Assembly (NCBI GenBank): GCA_937937315.1
Contig: CALDCK010000047.1
Location: 1-50,995, forward strand
DNA: 50,995 bases
Reading direction: 5' to 3'
From: an uncultured bacterium
GTDB lineage: Bacteria; Myxococcota_A; UBA9160; SMWR01
Made by a program: the position numbers and the translations under genes
The notes under the pieces: generated by a model
The model's input: the letters and a program-made list of their open reading frames with translations, nothing else
Told to the model about the DNA's origin: nothing
Database searches by the model: none
Part shown: piece after piece, positions 27,888 to 37,940 of the stretch
Layout: each line of letters opens with the position of its first letter
Position numbering within the stretch: the first letter of the stretch is position 1

Positions 27888-28526
27888 TCAGCTCGCCCGG
27901 GTGAGCAGCATCGCCGTCACCCGGCTCGTGGCGAGCTCGACGAGCACCTCCCGATCGAGGCGATTCGGCTCCATGCACAGCGACGTTACCGCGAAGACCG
28001 CCATGGTCACGAGCGTCCGCGCCTGCTCCGGATCCATGTCCGGGTGGACGGCCAGCACGAGTCGGCGCCACTCCTCGCGGTGTCGCAGCTCGCTGCGCCG
28101 CAGCGGGCGGCGGAACTCGTCGGCGAGATGGCGCGCCTCGAGTACGTAGGCGGCGTAGGTGTCGGCATTGTCGAGGGCGACGTCCACGTAGGAGCGGACG
28201 AGCCGCTCGAGGGCCTCTCGGGGATCGAGCGCCTCGTCGGTGACCGCGCTGCGGGTCGCCGCTGCGATGCGGCGAGAGCCCTCGCGGATCGCCTCGGCCA
28301 GCACCTCGCCCTTGCCGCTGAAGTGGCGGTAGAGCGCGGGGCCGGTCACGCCGGCGGTGGCGCCGATGTCGTCGATCGACGTGCCGTGAAATCCCCGCTC
28401 CCGAAAGAGGCGCAGCGCGGCGTCCAGGATCTCCCGCCGGCGGGCGGGACCCCGCCGCGCCCCGCTCGGCCCCGGGCGGTTCGACCCCGGGGCCACGCTC
28501 TCCGCCTGGTTGACGCGCTTCGCCAT
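27888..28526 (-). CDS. TetR/AcrR family regulator
   Basis: GFHGTSIDDIGATAGVTGPALYRHFSGK HTH. Confidence 0.93.
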   Translation of the reverse strand: MAKRVNQAESVAPGSNRPGPSGARRGPARRREILDAALRLFRERGFHGTSIDDIGATAGVTGPALYRHFSGKGEVLAEAIREGSRRIAAATRSAVTDEALDPREALERLVRSYVDVALDNADTYAAYVLEARHLADEFRRPLRRSELRHREEWRRLVLAVHPDMDPEQARTLVTMAVFAVTSLCMEPNRLDREVLVELATSRVTAMLLTRAS

Positions 28527-28533
28527 CCCCTTT

Positions 28534-28553
28534 AAGTTAACGATCGCTTACTT
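28534..28553. promoter_or_regulatory. Imperfect palindrome, probable TetR operator between divergent TetR and ACAD genes
   Basis: AAGTTAA-CGATCG-CTTACTT. Confidence 0.6.
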
Positions 28554-28644
28554 CCTCACAAGCCCCCGCGGAAGTCGATCCCCCACGAGCTCGTCGAGCC
28601 GGCAGCTCCCGGATCTCCGCTTCCGCGATCGACGGAGGTTCCCG

Positions 28645-29871
28645 ATGGCCGAGCATCGCATCATGAGCGACGAGGAGCTGCGCGAGCGAACCCGCGCGCT
28701 GCTCGACGAGGTCCACCCCGAGAAGGTGGAGAGCATTCCCTTCCGGCAGAAGCAGTACGAGCACGGCCTGGCCTGGGTGCACTTCCCCGAGGGCTACGGC
28801 GGGCTCGGACTGAGCCCGAAGATGAACCTGATCGTCCACGACGAGATCACGAAGCACTCGAAGGTCGTCCACAACGATCCGCCGGCGAGCATCATCGGCA
28901 TCGGCATGGGTGCGCCGGTGGTGCTCACCTACGGCACGGAGGAGATGAAGAAGCGCCTTCTGCCGAAGATCTTCAGCGGCGAAGAGATCTGGTGTCAGCT
29001 CTTCAGCGAGCCGAGCGCCGGATCCGACGTGGCGGGGCTCGCCTCCACCGCCGTCCGTGACGGCGATGACTGGATCCTGAACGGGCAGAAGGTCTGGACC
29101 ACCGTCGCTCACCTCTCGCGCTGGGGCATGCTCCTGGCACGCACGAACCCGGACGTTCCGAAGCACGACGGGCTCTCCTATTTCGTGCTCGACATGCACG
29201 CCCCGGGAGTCGAGGTGCGGCCTCTCTACCAGATCACCGGAGAGGCGGAGTTCAACGAGGTCTTCATGACCGACGTCCGAATCCCCCACGATCGGATGCT
29301 CGGCAAGGAAGGGCAGGGATGGCGGGTGGCCATCACGACCCTCATGAACGAGCGCGTGGCGATCGGCGGGGGCGGATCGAAGCGGAAGGGCGGCGGCGCG
29401 ACGGCGCAGCTCCTGAAGCTGTGGCAGGAGCGCAAGCAGGGGGGCCGGAGCGCCGGCCAGGAGGCCATCCTGCGCGATCGCGTGACCCGCGCCTACATCG
29501 AGACCGAGCTGCTGCGCCTGACGGCCCAGCGCGCTCGAGCCGCACAGAAGTCCGGCAACCCGGGACCGGAGGGGTCGGTCTCGAAGCTCGCCCAGGCGGA
29601 GATCCACAAGCGCCTGTGGGAGCTGGCCATCGACGTCCTCGGAGACGACGGGCTGTCCTTCGAAGCGGGCTACGAGCTTCGCCAGAACTCCCCGACCCCG
29701 GACACCGTCGAGGCGCTGGCGAAGTACCAGTTCCTGCGCTCGCGGGCGAACTCCATCGAGGGAGGCACCTCCGAGATCATGCGGAACATCCTCGGCGAGC
29801 GCGTGCTCGGTCTGCCGGGAGAGCCGCGGGTCGACAAGGAGGTGGCCTGGAAGGAAGTGCCGCGCTCCTAG
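28645..29871 (+). CDS. Acyl-CoA dehydrogenase (long subunit of a probable heteromeric pair)
   Basis: WCQLFSEPSAGSD, NGQKVWT, FNEVF, NER, IEGGTSEIMRNILGERVLGLP. Confidence 0.94.
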   Translation: MAEHRIMSDEELRERTRALLDEVHPEKVESIPFRQKQYEHGLAWVHFPEGYGGLGLSPKMNLIVHDEITKHSKVVHNDPPASIIGIGMGAPVVLTYGTEEMKKRLLPKIFSGEEIWCQLFSEPSAGSDVAGLASTAVRDGDDWILNGQKVWTTVAHLSRWGMLLARTNPDVPKHDGLSYFVLDMHAPGVEVRPLYQITGEAEFNEVFMTDVRIPHDRMLGKEGQGWRVAITTLMNERVAIGGGGSKRKGGGATAQLLKLWQERKQGGRSAGQEAILRDRVTRAYIETELLRLTAQRARAAQKSGNPGPEGSVSKLAQAEIHKRLWELAIDVLGDDGLSFEAGYELRQNSPTPDTVEALAKYQFLRSRANSIEGGTSEIMRNILGERVLGLPGEPRVDKEVAWKEVPRS

Positions 29872-29948
29872 GGCATCCGCCGGGAGATCGCAGCGGCAGG
29901 CGAAACGTCCGAGCGAGGCCCACCCGCTCGAAGAACGAGAGAGACGAC

Positions 29949-31067
29949 ATGTCATTCGATTTCAGCTTCACCGACGAACACGAAGAGCTCCGCGCCACCA
30001 TTCGCGGCTTCCTCCAGGGGCGGTCCGACGAGGCCGCCGTGCGCGAGCAGATGGCGACCGAGCGCGGCTACGACCCCGAGACATGGCAGCAGATGGCCGA
30101 GCAGATGGGTCTGGCCGGTCTGCTGATCCCCGAAGAGCACGGCGGCGCCGGTTTCGGCTACGTCGAGCTGCTGATCGTGATGGAGGAGATGGGCCGCGCG
30201 CTCTTCTGCGCGCCTTATCTCGGTACAGCCGTCCTCGCAACCAACGCTCTGCTCCAGTGCGCCGACGAGAAGACCCGCAAGGAGCTGCTCACCGAGATCG
30301 CGGCGGGTCGAGCGACGGCCAGCCTGGCCCACGCAGAGCCCAACGGCCGCTGGGACCTCGAGGGCATAGAGATGGAGGCCCGGAAGACCGACTCCGGCTA
30401 CGAGCTCACGGGCACGAAGACCTGGGTGCTCGACGGACATACCGCCGACGTGCTCCTCGTCGTGGCCCGCAGCGCGGAGGGTCTCTCCCTCTTCCGGGTC
30501 GAGCCCGACGCCGACGGCCTCTCGCGGACCCTCGTCCCGTCCCTCGACACGACGCGAAAGCTCGCGCGGGTCACTTTCGAGGGGACGCCCGCTGTGCGGG
30601 TGAGCGCCGGGGATCAGACGGAGGCGCTGCGGCGCGTCCTCGCCCTGACCCAGGCGGCCCTCGCCGCCGAGCAGGTGGGTGGGGCCCAGCGCTGTCTCGA
30701 GATGGCAACCGACTTCGCGAAGACGCGCCTCCAGTTCGGACGACCCATCGGGTCCTACCAGGCGATCAAGCACAAGTGCGCCGACATGCTCGTCGAGGTC
30801 GAGATGGCGAAGTCCGCGGCCTACGCGGCGTGCTTCGCGGCGGCGACGGATCAGGACGACTTCCTCGAGACGGCGGCTCTGGCAAAGGCCTGCTGCTCCG
30901 AGACGTACTTCCACGCCGCCGCCGAGAACATCCAGATCCACGGCGGCATGGGGTTCACCTGGGAGCTCCCGGTACACCTCTACTTCAAGCGCGCGAAGGC
31001 GAGCGAGCTCTTCCTGGGCGACGCCGCCCACCACCGCGAGGTCCTCGCCGACCTGGTCGGGATCTAG
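29949..31067 (+). CDS. Acyl-CoA dehydrogenase (short partner subunit)
   Basis: R.QFGRPIGSYQAIKHKCAD, IQIHGGMGFTWE; shortened C-terminus. Confidence 0.93.
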   Translation: MSFDFSFTDEHEELRATIRGFLQGRSDEAAVREQMATERGYDPETWQQMAEQMGLAGLLIPEEHGGAGFGYVELLIVMEEMGRALFCAPYLGTAVLATNALLQCADEKTRKELLTEIAAGRATASLAHAEPNGRWDLEGIEMEARKTDSGYELTGTKTWVLDGHTADVLLVVARSAEGLSLFRVEPDADGLSRTLVPSLDTTRKLARVTFEGTPAVRVSAGDQTEALRRVLALTQAALAAEQVGGAQRCLEMATDFAKTRLQFGRPIGSYQAIKHKCADMLVEVEMAKSAAYAACFAAATDQDDFLETAALAKACCSETYFHAAAENIQIHGGMGFTWELPVHLYFKRAKASELFLGDAAHHREVLADLVGI

Positions 31068-31359
31068 CAGGCCGCCTGGGGGGCTCTTCGCCACGCGGCG
31101 GCGTGTACGATGCTCTCCCCCCTTGCGGGCGAGGGGTGAGAAGATGCCGCCGAGGCGGGGCGCGCGGTGCGAGCCGCGGACGCCGGAGGGGCACGACGAC
31201 CCGCGTGGTGCACCCATCGAGAACAGTCTCTACCCCGAGTGGAAGGGCGCTCACCCCGTGTGCAGGTCTACCTTCTCGGAGGACACATTCCTGCCGGGTG
31301 CCGGCACCGGTCCGATGGATGCCAACCTGCTCTGGCAGAAGATCTAGGAGGAGCGAAGC

Positions 31360-32823
31360 GTGCAGCAGCTCACCGGACTCGACACGAGCTTCCTGAACAT
31401 GGAGAACGCGACCACCTACGGTCACATCTCCGGCCTTGCGATCTTCGATCCCTCGACTTCGCCCGGAGCGCCCGCGACCTACGAGGACGTGAAGCGGCTC
31501 ATCGCGGATCGGATCCACCTGTTGCCGCCCTACCGCCGGCGTCTCGTCCAGGTGCCCTTCGGGCTCGATCACCCCTACTGGATCGAGGACCCGGACTTCG
31601 ATCTCGACTTCCACGTGCGCAACATCGGACTGCCGCCGCCGGGCGACGATCGACAGCTGGCCGAGCAGGTGTCGCGCATCGTCGCGCGCCCCCTCGACCG
31701 CAACCGCCCACTCTGGGAGCTCTACGTGATCGAGGGCCTTCCCGGAGGGCTGGTGGCCCAGCTCACGAAGATCCACCACTGCACGATCGACGGCGTGTCC
31801 GGGGCAGAGATCCTGGCCACCCTGCTCGACCTCGAGCCGGAGCCCCGGGTCGTGGACCCGCCCCGGCGTGCGTGGCGACCCGAGCCCGAGCCCACCCAGA
31901 TCGAGATGCTGGCGCGGGGTCTGTGGGCGGTGGCCGGCACGCCGCGCAAGGCCTGGCGGCTCGGACGCGAAGGGCTGCGGCACCTGCCGGAGCTCACCCG
32001 CTCCCTGGGCTTCGGCGAGCTCCCGGGTGCGAGCGTGATCAACCAGCTGATCGGCCGGAGCCCGGAGCCCATGCTTTCCGAGGCGCCGACGAAGGCGCCG
32101 CGCACGTCCTTCAACGATCGGATCACGCCCCACCGTCGCTTCGCCTTCGGCTCCCTGCCCCTCGGCGACGTGAAGGAGATCAAGTCGCAGCTCGGAGTCA
32201 CGGTGAACGACGTGGTGATGGCGATCTGCGCCGGAGCGTTGCGGCGCTACCTGGAGGAGCGGGACGGCCTCCCGGCGGATCCGCTGATCGCGATGATCCC
32301 GGTCTCGATTCGCACCGAGAACCAGAAGGGGACCTTCGGCAATCAGGTGTCCGCGATGAGCGCATCACTGCACACGGACGTCGCCGATGCGGTCCAGCGG
32401 CTGCGGCGCATCCATGACTCCATGAGCATCGCCAAGGAGCAGCACCAGGCGTTGCCCGCCACCCTCCTCCAGGATTTCGCCCAGTTCGCTCCGCCGGCGG
32501 TGGCGGCTCGCGCCGCTCGCGTGGTCGCCCGCGCCACTGCCGCCCAATGGATGGACGTCCCCTTCAACGTCGTCATCTCGAACGTGCCCGGCCCCCAGTT
32601 CCCGCTCTACGGCGTGGGCTCGAAGCTGGTCGCCAACTACCCGGTCTCCGCCATCAACGATGGCGTCGGTCTCAACATCACGGTCCAGAGCTACAACGGG
32701 AGCCTCGACTTCGGTCTGATCGTCTGCCGGGAGCTCATGCCCGACGTGTGGGACCTGATGGACTACCTCCGCGACGCCCTCGCGGAGCTGAAGGCGGCGG
32801 CGAAGGAGTCCGCGGGGACATGA
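31360..32823 (+). CDS. Wax ester synthase/diacylglycerol acyltransferase (WS/DGAT)
   Basis: LTGLDTSFL, PLDRNRPLWE, HHCTIDG catalytic motif, TVNDV, ISNVPGP; RBS AGGAGGAG. Confidence 0.95.
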   Translation: MQQLTGLDTSFLNMENATTYGHISGLAIFDPSTSPGAPATYEDVKRLIADRIHLLPPYRRRLVQVPFGLDHPYWIEDPDFDLDFHVRNIGLPPPGDDRQLAEQVSRIVARPLDRNRPLWELYVIEGLPGGLVAQLTKIHHCTIDGVSGAEILATLLDLEPEPRVVDPPRRAWRPEPEPTQIEMLARGLWAVAGTPRKAWRLGREGLRHLPELTRSLGFGELPGASVINQLIGRSPEPMLSEAPTKAPRTSFNDRITPHRRFAFGSLPLGDVKEIKSQLGVTVNDVVMAICAGALRRYLEERDGLPADPLIAMIPVSIRTENQKGTFGNQVSAMSASLHTDVADAVQRLRRIHDSMSIAKEQHQALPATLLQDFAQFAPPAVAARAARVVARATAAQWMDVPFNVVISNVPGPQFPLYGVGSKLVANYPVSAINDGVGLNITVQSYNGSLDFGLIVCRELMPDVWDLMDYLRDALAELKAAAKESAGT

Positions 32824-33902
32824 GGCGGCGAGTGGCGACCACGCTCCTCTCGATCCTGGCCTTCGGTTGCCTCGGCGACGACGAGCGGACCCCGATCCTG
32901 GGCTGCGAGTCCGAGCCGGGATTCGAGGTCGATTGCCAGTTCCAGAACCCGGAAGATCTGGCGCCGAGTCCGGACGGTCGCATCCTGGTGAGTCAGTTCG
33001 GCGACATGGACGGCGAGGCCGCCGGGAACCTCGCGATCTACGACCCCGAGACCCGCGTTCTCGAGGTGCTCTACCCCGACGACGCCGCGCCGGCGAGGGC
33101 AGCGGAGTCCACCTGGGGCGATCCGGACTGCACACCGCCGGATCCGAAGCGCTTCTCGCCCCATGGGATCGACCTCGCCCAGCGACGCGACGGGCGCCAC
33201 CAGCTGGCGGTGGTCAATCACGGTGGGCGCGAGTCGGTCGAGCTCTTCGAGGTGGCCGCCGACGGATCGTTGGCCTGGAGGGGCTGCGTCGAGGGCCCCG
33301 CCGAGAGCTACTTCAACGACGTCGTGGTGCTCTCGAACGGCGGGTTCTGGGTCACCCACATGTTCCCGCGCGGACAGACCGTGGTGCCGCTGATCCGAGC
33401 GAGGCTGGGGATGGACACGGGCTGGGTCTACGCCTGGGACCCCCAGGGCGGCTTCACGAAGCTGCCGGGCACCGACGCCCCGTTTCCGAACGGAATCGAG
33501 AGGTCCGAGGACGAGCGCTACGTCTACCTCAATACCTACTCGACGACGGGCGTACGAAAGGTGGACGTGAGCACCGGCGAGCAGGTCGCCGAACACCTCC
33601 TTCCGAGTGTCGACAACAGCACCTGGGGCGAGGACGGGCGCCTGCTCGTCGCGTCCCACACAGGTGGCCTGGGCCAGATGATCGCCTGTCAGCAGCTCGA
33701 GGAGGGCGCGTGTGGATTGGCCTTCGAGATCCTCGCCCTCGATCCCGAGGACCTCGGCGGCGGTGTGATCCTTCGCCACGAAGGTGCACCCATGGGCGGC
33801 GCGACGGTGGCGCTCGAGCGGGAGGGCGTGCTCTACCTGGGCAGCTTCAAGGGCGATCGGATTGCGCGCGTGTCGCGTTCCGCGCAGCTGGACGCCGAGT
33901 AG
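32820..33902 (+). CDS. Paraoxonase/arylesterase-like (SMP-30/lactonase) six-bladed propeller lipoprotein
   Basis: Lipobox LAFGC; NPEDL, PHGI, VNH, NDV, PNGI, VDN; ATGA-coupled to WS/DGAT. Confidence 0.85.
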   Translation: MRRRVATTLLSILAFGCLGDDERTPILGCESEPGFEVDCQFQNPEDLAPSPDGRILVSQFGDMDGEAAGNLAIYDPETRVLEVLYPDDAAPARAAESTWGDPDCTPPDPKRFSPHGIDLAQRRDGRHQLAVVNHGGRESVELFEVAADGSLAWRGCVEGPAESYFNDVVVLSNGGFWVTHMFPRGQTVVPLIRARLGMDTGWVYAWDPQGGFTKLPGTDAPFPNGIERSEDERYVYLNTYSTTGVRKVDVSTGEQVAEHLLPSVDNSTWGEDGRLLVASHTGGLGQMIACQQLEEGACGLAFEILALDPEDLGGGVILRHEGAPMGGATVALEREGVLYLGSFKGDRIARVSRSAQLDAE

Positions 33903-33949
33903 CAGCCGTCCGTCGGCCTCTCGGCGCGGTCTGATCTCGCCGGGTGGGC

Positions 33950-35551
33950 TCAGTCCGGCTCGGGCGGCTCGGCTCCCGGCGCAGGGGGGTGATCGAGGGC
34001 CATTCGCCGCAGATGGTGATGGATGCGCCACACGTGATGGGTGACGCGCTCGATCCACCGGTAGGCGTCGAGTCGGGCCAGGGCCTCGTCGTTGGGGATA
34101 TCGTCGGCGCTCGCCCGCTGGAGTGCATGGCGTCGGAAGTCCCTGTGGGAGTCCACGAGCCGCGCCTCGAGTGCTCCCAGGTCGGCCTCGGTGGAGGCGG
34201 ATCGCTCCGTGTCCTCCAGGTGCAGCAGCCGAGCGAGTGCGCGCGTTGCCTCACCGAGGGCCGGATCTCGCCGGGTCGCCGCGATGCGCTCGCCCTGGGC
34301 GCAGCGATCGAGCAGGCGTCGCAGCTGGTCGATCACGTGGAGGGCCGACACTTCCCGCGCATCGGCGCCTCGCCCGTCCTCGGGTGTCGCGATGTGGCCG
34401 ACGTAGACCTGGGTCTGTGAGAGGCCTTCGCGAACGTCTTCCAGGAGCTCGGCGTCGGCCTCGCGCCCGGAGAGGGAATCGCCCAGGACCGTGAAGGCGG
34501 CCGCGGAAAGCTCGCCGAGAGTCGCGCTGACCGCCCTCAGTGCCACTCCCGGCTCGTCGAGGTACGCGCGATCGAGGCGGCTGGCGAAGGGCGCCGGCCG
34601 CTCGGGAACGAGGCGCTCGACCAGACGGGCGAAGGGTGACGCCAGGGGGAGTGCGACGACGACCCCGAGCACGTTGAAGGCGCTGTGGAAGCCCACCAGG
34701 GCGAGCTCGGGGCTGTGCTGGAGGACCCCCGGAAGGAGACCTTCGAGGCTCCACACGTAGAGGGGCAACAGCAGGAACGCGCCGATTCCCGTCAGCACGT
34801 TGTAGATCACGTGAGCCCAGCCCGTGCGCCGCGCTGGGAGCGACGTGCCGACCGTGGCCAGGGCTGCGGTCACGGTCGTGCCGACGTCCATCCCGATCAC
34901 CATGGCGGCGGCCTGGGAGAAGTGGATGGCGCCCGCATCCACGGCCACGATGGCGGTCGCGACCCCGGCGCTCGAGGACTGGGTGGCCAGGGTGACGGCG
35001 ATCCCGATTCCGACGAGCAGGATCCGGCCGCCGATCGAGTCGTCGGGAAAGATCTCCGGCGTGACCAGGCCTTCGAAGTGCGCCATGCCCTGCTGGAGGC
35101 TCACGAAGCCGACGAAGACGAGGCCGAAGCCCGCCAGGGCCAGACCGATGCGTCCCAGTCGCCTCCCTCCGAAGAGCCGAAGGAGTACGCCGAGCAGGAC
35201 GATCAGCGACGAGACGGTGCCGATGTGGACGCGAAAGCCCACCAGAACGACGAGCCAGCCTCGGAGCGTCGTGCCGATGTTTGCGCCGAAGACGATCCCG
35301 AGTGCCTCGGGGAAGGTGAGGAGCCCTGCGCCGGCGAATCCGACCGCGGTGACGGTCGTCGCGCTCGACGACTGCACGACGGCCGTGGCGACCATGCCCG
35401 AGATCGCTCCGGAGAGCGGGCTGCGGGTGAAGCGGCGCAGCGAGCTCTGGAGCGCGTCGCCGGCCAGGCCGCGCAGGCCGTCGGTCATGATGACCATGCC
35501 CAGCAGGAAGAGCCCGATCCCGCCGGCGGCTTGCAAGAGGCCGAGGGTCAC
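33950..35551 (-). CDS. Na+/Pi cotransporter family protein
   Basis: GGIGLFLLGM, two QSSS motifs, GANIGTT and GMDVGTT. Confidence 0.92.
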   Translation of the reverse strand: MTLGLLQAAGGIGLFLLGMVIMTDGLRGLAGDALQSSLRRFTRSPLSGAISGMVATAVVQSSSATTVTAVGFAGAGLLTFPEALGIVFGANIGTTLRGWLVVLVGFRVHIGTVSSLIVLLGVLLRLFGGRRLGRIGLALAGFGLVFVGFVSLQQGMAHFEGLVTPEIFPDDSIGGRILLVGIGIAVTLATQSSSAGVATAIVAVDAGAIHFSQAAAMVIGMDVGTTVTAALATVGTSLPARRTGWAHVIYNVLTGIGAFLLLPLYVWSLEGLLPGVLQHSPELALVGFHSAFNVLGVVVALPLASPFARLVERLVPERPAPFASRLDRAYLDEPGVALRAVSATLGELSAAAFTVLGDSLSGREADAELLEDVREGLSQTQVYVGHIATPEDGRGADAREVSALHVIDQLRRLLDRCAQGERIAATRRDPALGEATRALARLLHLEDTERSASTEADLGALEARLVDSHRDFRRHALQRASADDIPNDEALARLDAYRWIERVTHHVWRIHHHLRRMALDHPPAPGAEPPEPD

Positions 35552-35564
35552 GCCGCCGCGCTCC

Positions 35565-36428
35565 TCACCCGATGAGCTCGACCGCCTCGCCCTCGCGCAC
35601 GGTCCCGGGCGTCTCCACGGCGGCGTAGACGCCGATGTTGCCCGCGTTCTCCTTCACGAGGGCGCGCATCACGCCCGGGTCCCTCGGAAGGTCGGCGACG
35701 GCGTGGGTCGTCATCACGCAGCGAGGGCACTCCATGGCGATGCGCAGGACCGCGTCACCGACTCGCACCCGCTTACCGACCCAGGCGCTCTCCGGGAATC
35801 CTTCTCGCTCCTCGCTCTCGAGCAGGAGATTCGGCCGGAAGCGCAGCGGGTCGAAGCGGGAGGACTCGTGGCGCGATTGGAGGGTCGAGAGGGAGGTCCG
35901 GGTCAGCAGGAAGAGCGGGTAGCAGTCGAAGTAGGTGCCTGGAAGCGTGCTCGAGGCCAGGGTCTCCCGTGGGAAGGAGCCGATATCGGGCAGGGGCTCC
36001 TCGGGCAGGCGCCCGAAGACCGCGCGAAGCTCGTCCATCAGATCCTTGTGGTCCGGAGCGCCACGCCGGTAGTGGGCCAGGTCCTCGGCGGGCTGACGGG
36101 GCCAGAGGGTGAGCTCGCGATCGACGTGCTTCGAGAGCGTGGGCGCGGCCTCCGGTGCGTCGGCGCGCAGGCGCGCGCCTCCTGGAAGCTCGATCTCGGG
36201 CACCGGGAGCGGCCCGCGGTCCGGAACGGGCTCGACGTAGCGCGCGGTGCAGCCCAGCAGCGAGGGCAGCTTCCGCGCCCCTTCGATGCCGCCTCGCACC
36301 TCGTCACGGGTGGCCCAGCCGCGGTCTCCTCGCAGTCCGTCGGTAGCGACCGGGCAGCTCGCCAGACGCTCACCCTGCATGCTCTTCACCGGGTAGCGGT
36401 GGATCTCCGTCAGCGTCGCGATCTTCAT
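35565..36428 (-). CDS. MOSC domain protein
   Basis: RYPVKSMQGE, GDRGW, RFRPN, CPRCVMTT. Confidence 0.92.
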   Translation of the reverse strand: MKIATLTEIHRYPVKSMQGERLASCPVATDGLRGDRGWATRDEVRGGIEGARKLPSLLGCTARYVEPVPDRGPLPVPEIELPGGARLRADAPEAAPTLSKHVDRELTLWPRQPAEDLAHYRRGAPDHKDLMDELRAVFGRLPEEPLPDIGSFPRETLASSTLPGTYFDCYPLFLLTRTSLSTLQSRHESSRFDPLRFRPNLLLESEEREGFPESAWVGKRVRVGDAVLRIAMECPRCVMTTHAVADLPRDPGVMRALVKENAGNIGVYAAVETPGTVREGEAVELIG

Positions 36429-36470
36429 GGGACCATGATGGCGCGGAGGAGGGCGTCGCGCCCGTGGGTG

Positions 36471-37934
36471 TCAGAACTGGAAGTAGATGAACTGCTTCGC
36501 CGTCCGCATGCAGACGAGGATCGCGCAGACCATGATGGCGGTCGCAGCAGTGGCGGCGAGGTTGCGGACCCAGGCGGGGAAGGGGCTCGCGTGGTCCCTG
36601 CGCAGCAGGGCGTGGATGGCGACCATGCCCGCGAGCACGAGCCCGGCCCAGAGGTAGGCGCCGAGGGGGAGCGCGTGACCGGCGATCGGGTAGGCGCGCG
36701 GGTCGACCAGACGTCCCATCAGAATGCCGGTCTGTTCCAGGGAATGGGCCCGGAAGGGGATCCAGCCCGCCATTGCGAGGGGGAGGAGCAGCATCCACGC
36801 CAGGACCGGACGTCGCTCGGGCAGCGCGCCCAGCAGGGGAATCGCCCGGTAGAGCAAGATGACGGCGGCGTGGTAGACGCCCCAGATCGCGAAGGTCCAG
36901 GCCGCACCGTGCCACAGTCCCATGATGAACCAGGTGAGCAGCAGGGCCAGGTTGCGACGGCTCGAGTCGCCGCGCGTGGCCTCGCCGATGCCGCCGACGC
37001 TCTGGGTGTGGAAGGGTCGGCCGGTGAGCGGCGCGTAGAGGTAGTCGCGGATCCAGGACGAGAGCGAGATGTGCCAGCGCGTCCAGAACTCCCGCGGCGA
37101 CGCGGCCAGATAGGGCCAGTCGAAGTTGCGCGGGAAGATGAGACCCAGCATGCGGGCCGATCCGATGGCGATGTCCGAGTAGCCGGAGAAGTCGAAGTAG
37201 ATCTGGAAGCCGAAGAGGAAGGCCGCGACCCAGACGTCGAGGGCGTTCAGGCTGGTGGGATCGCGGGAGAAGGCGTCGTCGACCATCGGCGCCAGGCCAT
37301 CCGCCAGGACGACCTTCTTGAACAGGCCCACGACGACGAGGCCGAGACCGAGCCAGAGGTCGCGGGCGCGAAAGATTCGCGGAGCCTCGAGCTGTGGGAT
37401 CACCTCGCCGGCTCGCAGCACCGGTCCCGCGATCAGCTGGGGCCAGAAGGTGACGTAGCAGAGGAAGGAGACGAGGCTGCGTGTCGGGACGATGACGCGG
37501 CGGTAGACGTCGATGGTGTAGGAGATGGTCTGGAACGTGTAGAAGCTGATGCCCAGGGGCAGGATGATGCGAAGCCCCAGGTCCTGGAGTGCGGGGAGGT
37601 CGGCGCCGCCGAAGCCCGCCACGATGCGTACGTTGTCGTAGACGAAGTACGTGTACTTGAAGCCGATGAGCAGCCCGAGATTGATCCCGAGGCTCGTGAG
37701 CAGCCAGCGTCGACGAATCCGCGGCGCGTCGCTGGCCGCGATCTGCCGGGCCGCCACGTAGTCGACACAGGCGGAGAACAGGACCAGGAGCGAGAACTCC
37801 CAGCGCCACATGCTGTAGAAGCCCACGCTCGCCGCGACCAGCAGCCCCAGGCGCAGTCGCTGACTGCCGAGCCACCAATGGAGCGGCACGACCAGCAGGA
37901 GGAAGAGCAGGTATCCCCAGCTGTTGAAGAGCAT
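36471..37934 (-). CDS. MBOAT family polysaccharide O-acyltransferase (AlgI/PatA-like)
   Basis: MLFNS, LPLGISFYTFQ, QIYFDFSGYSDIAIG, EFW.RWHISLS.W.RDY.Y, GLWHGA. Confidence 0.94.
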   Translation of the reverse strand: MLFNSWGYLLFLLLVVPLHWWLGSQRLRLGLLVAASVGFYSMWRWEFSLLVLFSACVDYVAARQIAASDAPRIRRRWLLTSLGINLGLLIGFKYTYFVYDNVRIVAGFGGADLPALQDLGLRIILPLGISFYTFQTISYTIDVYRRVIVPTRSLVSFLCYVTFWPQLIAGPVLRAGEVIPQLEAPRIFRARDLWLGLGLVVVGLFKKVVLADGLAPMVDDAFSRDPTSLNALDVWVAAFLFGFQIYFDFSGYSDIAIGSARMLGLIFPRNFDWPYLAASPREFWTRWHISLSSWIRDYLYAPLTGRPFHTQSVGGIGEATRGDSSRRNLALLLTWFIMGLWHGAAWTFAIWGVYHAAVILLYRAIPLLGALPERRPVLAWMLLLPLAMAGWIPFRAHSLEQTGILMGRLVDPRAYPIAGHALPLGAYLWAGLVLAGMVAIHALLRRDHASPFPAWVRNLAATAATAIMVCAILVCMRTAKQFIYFQF

Positions 37935-37940
37935 CCTCCT

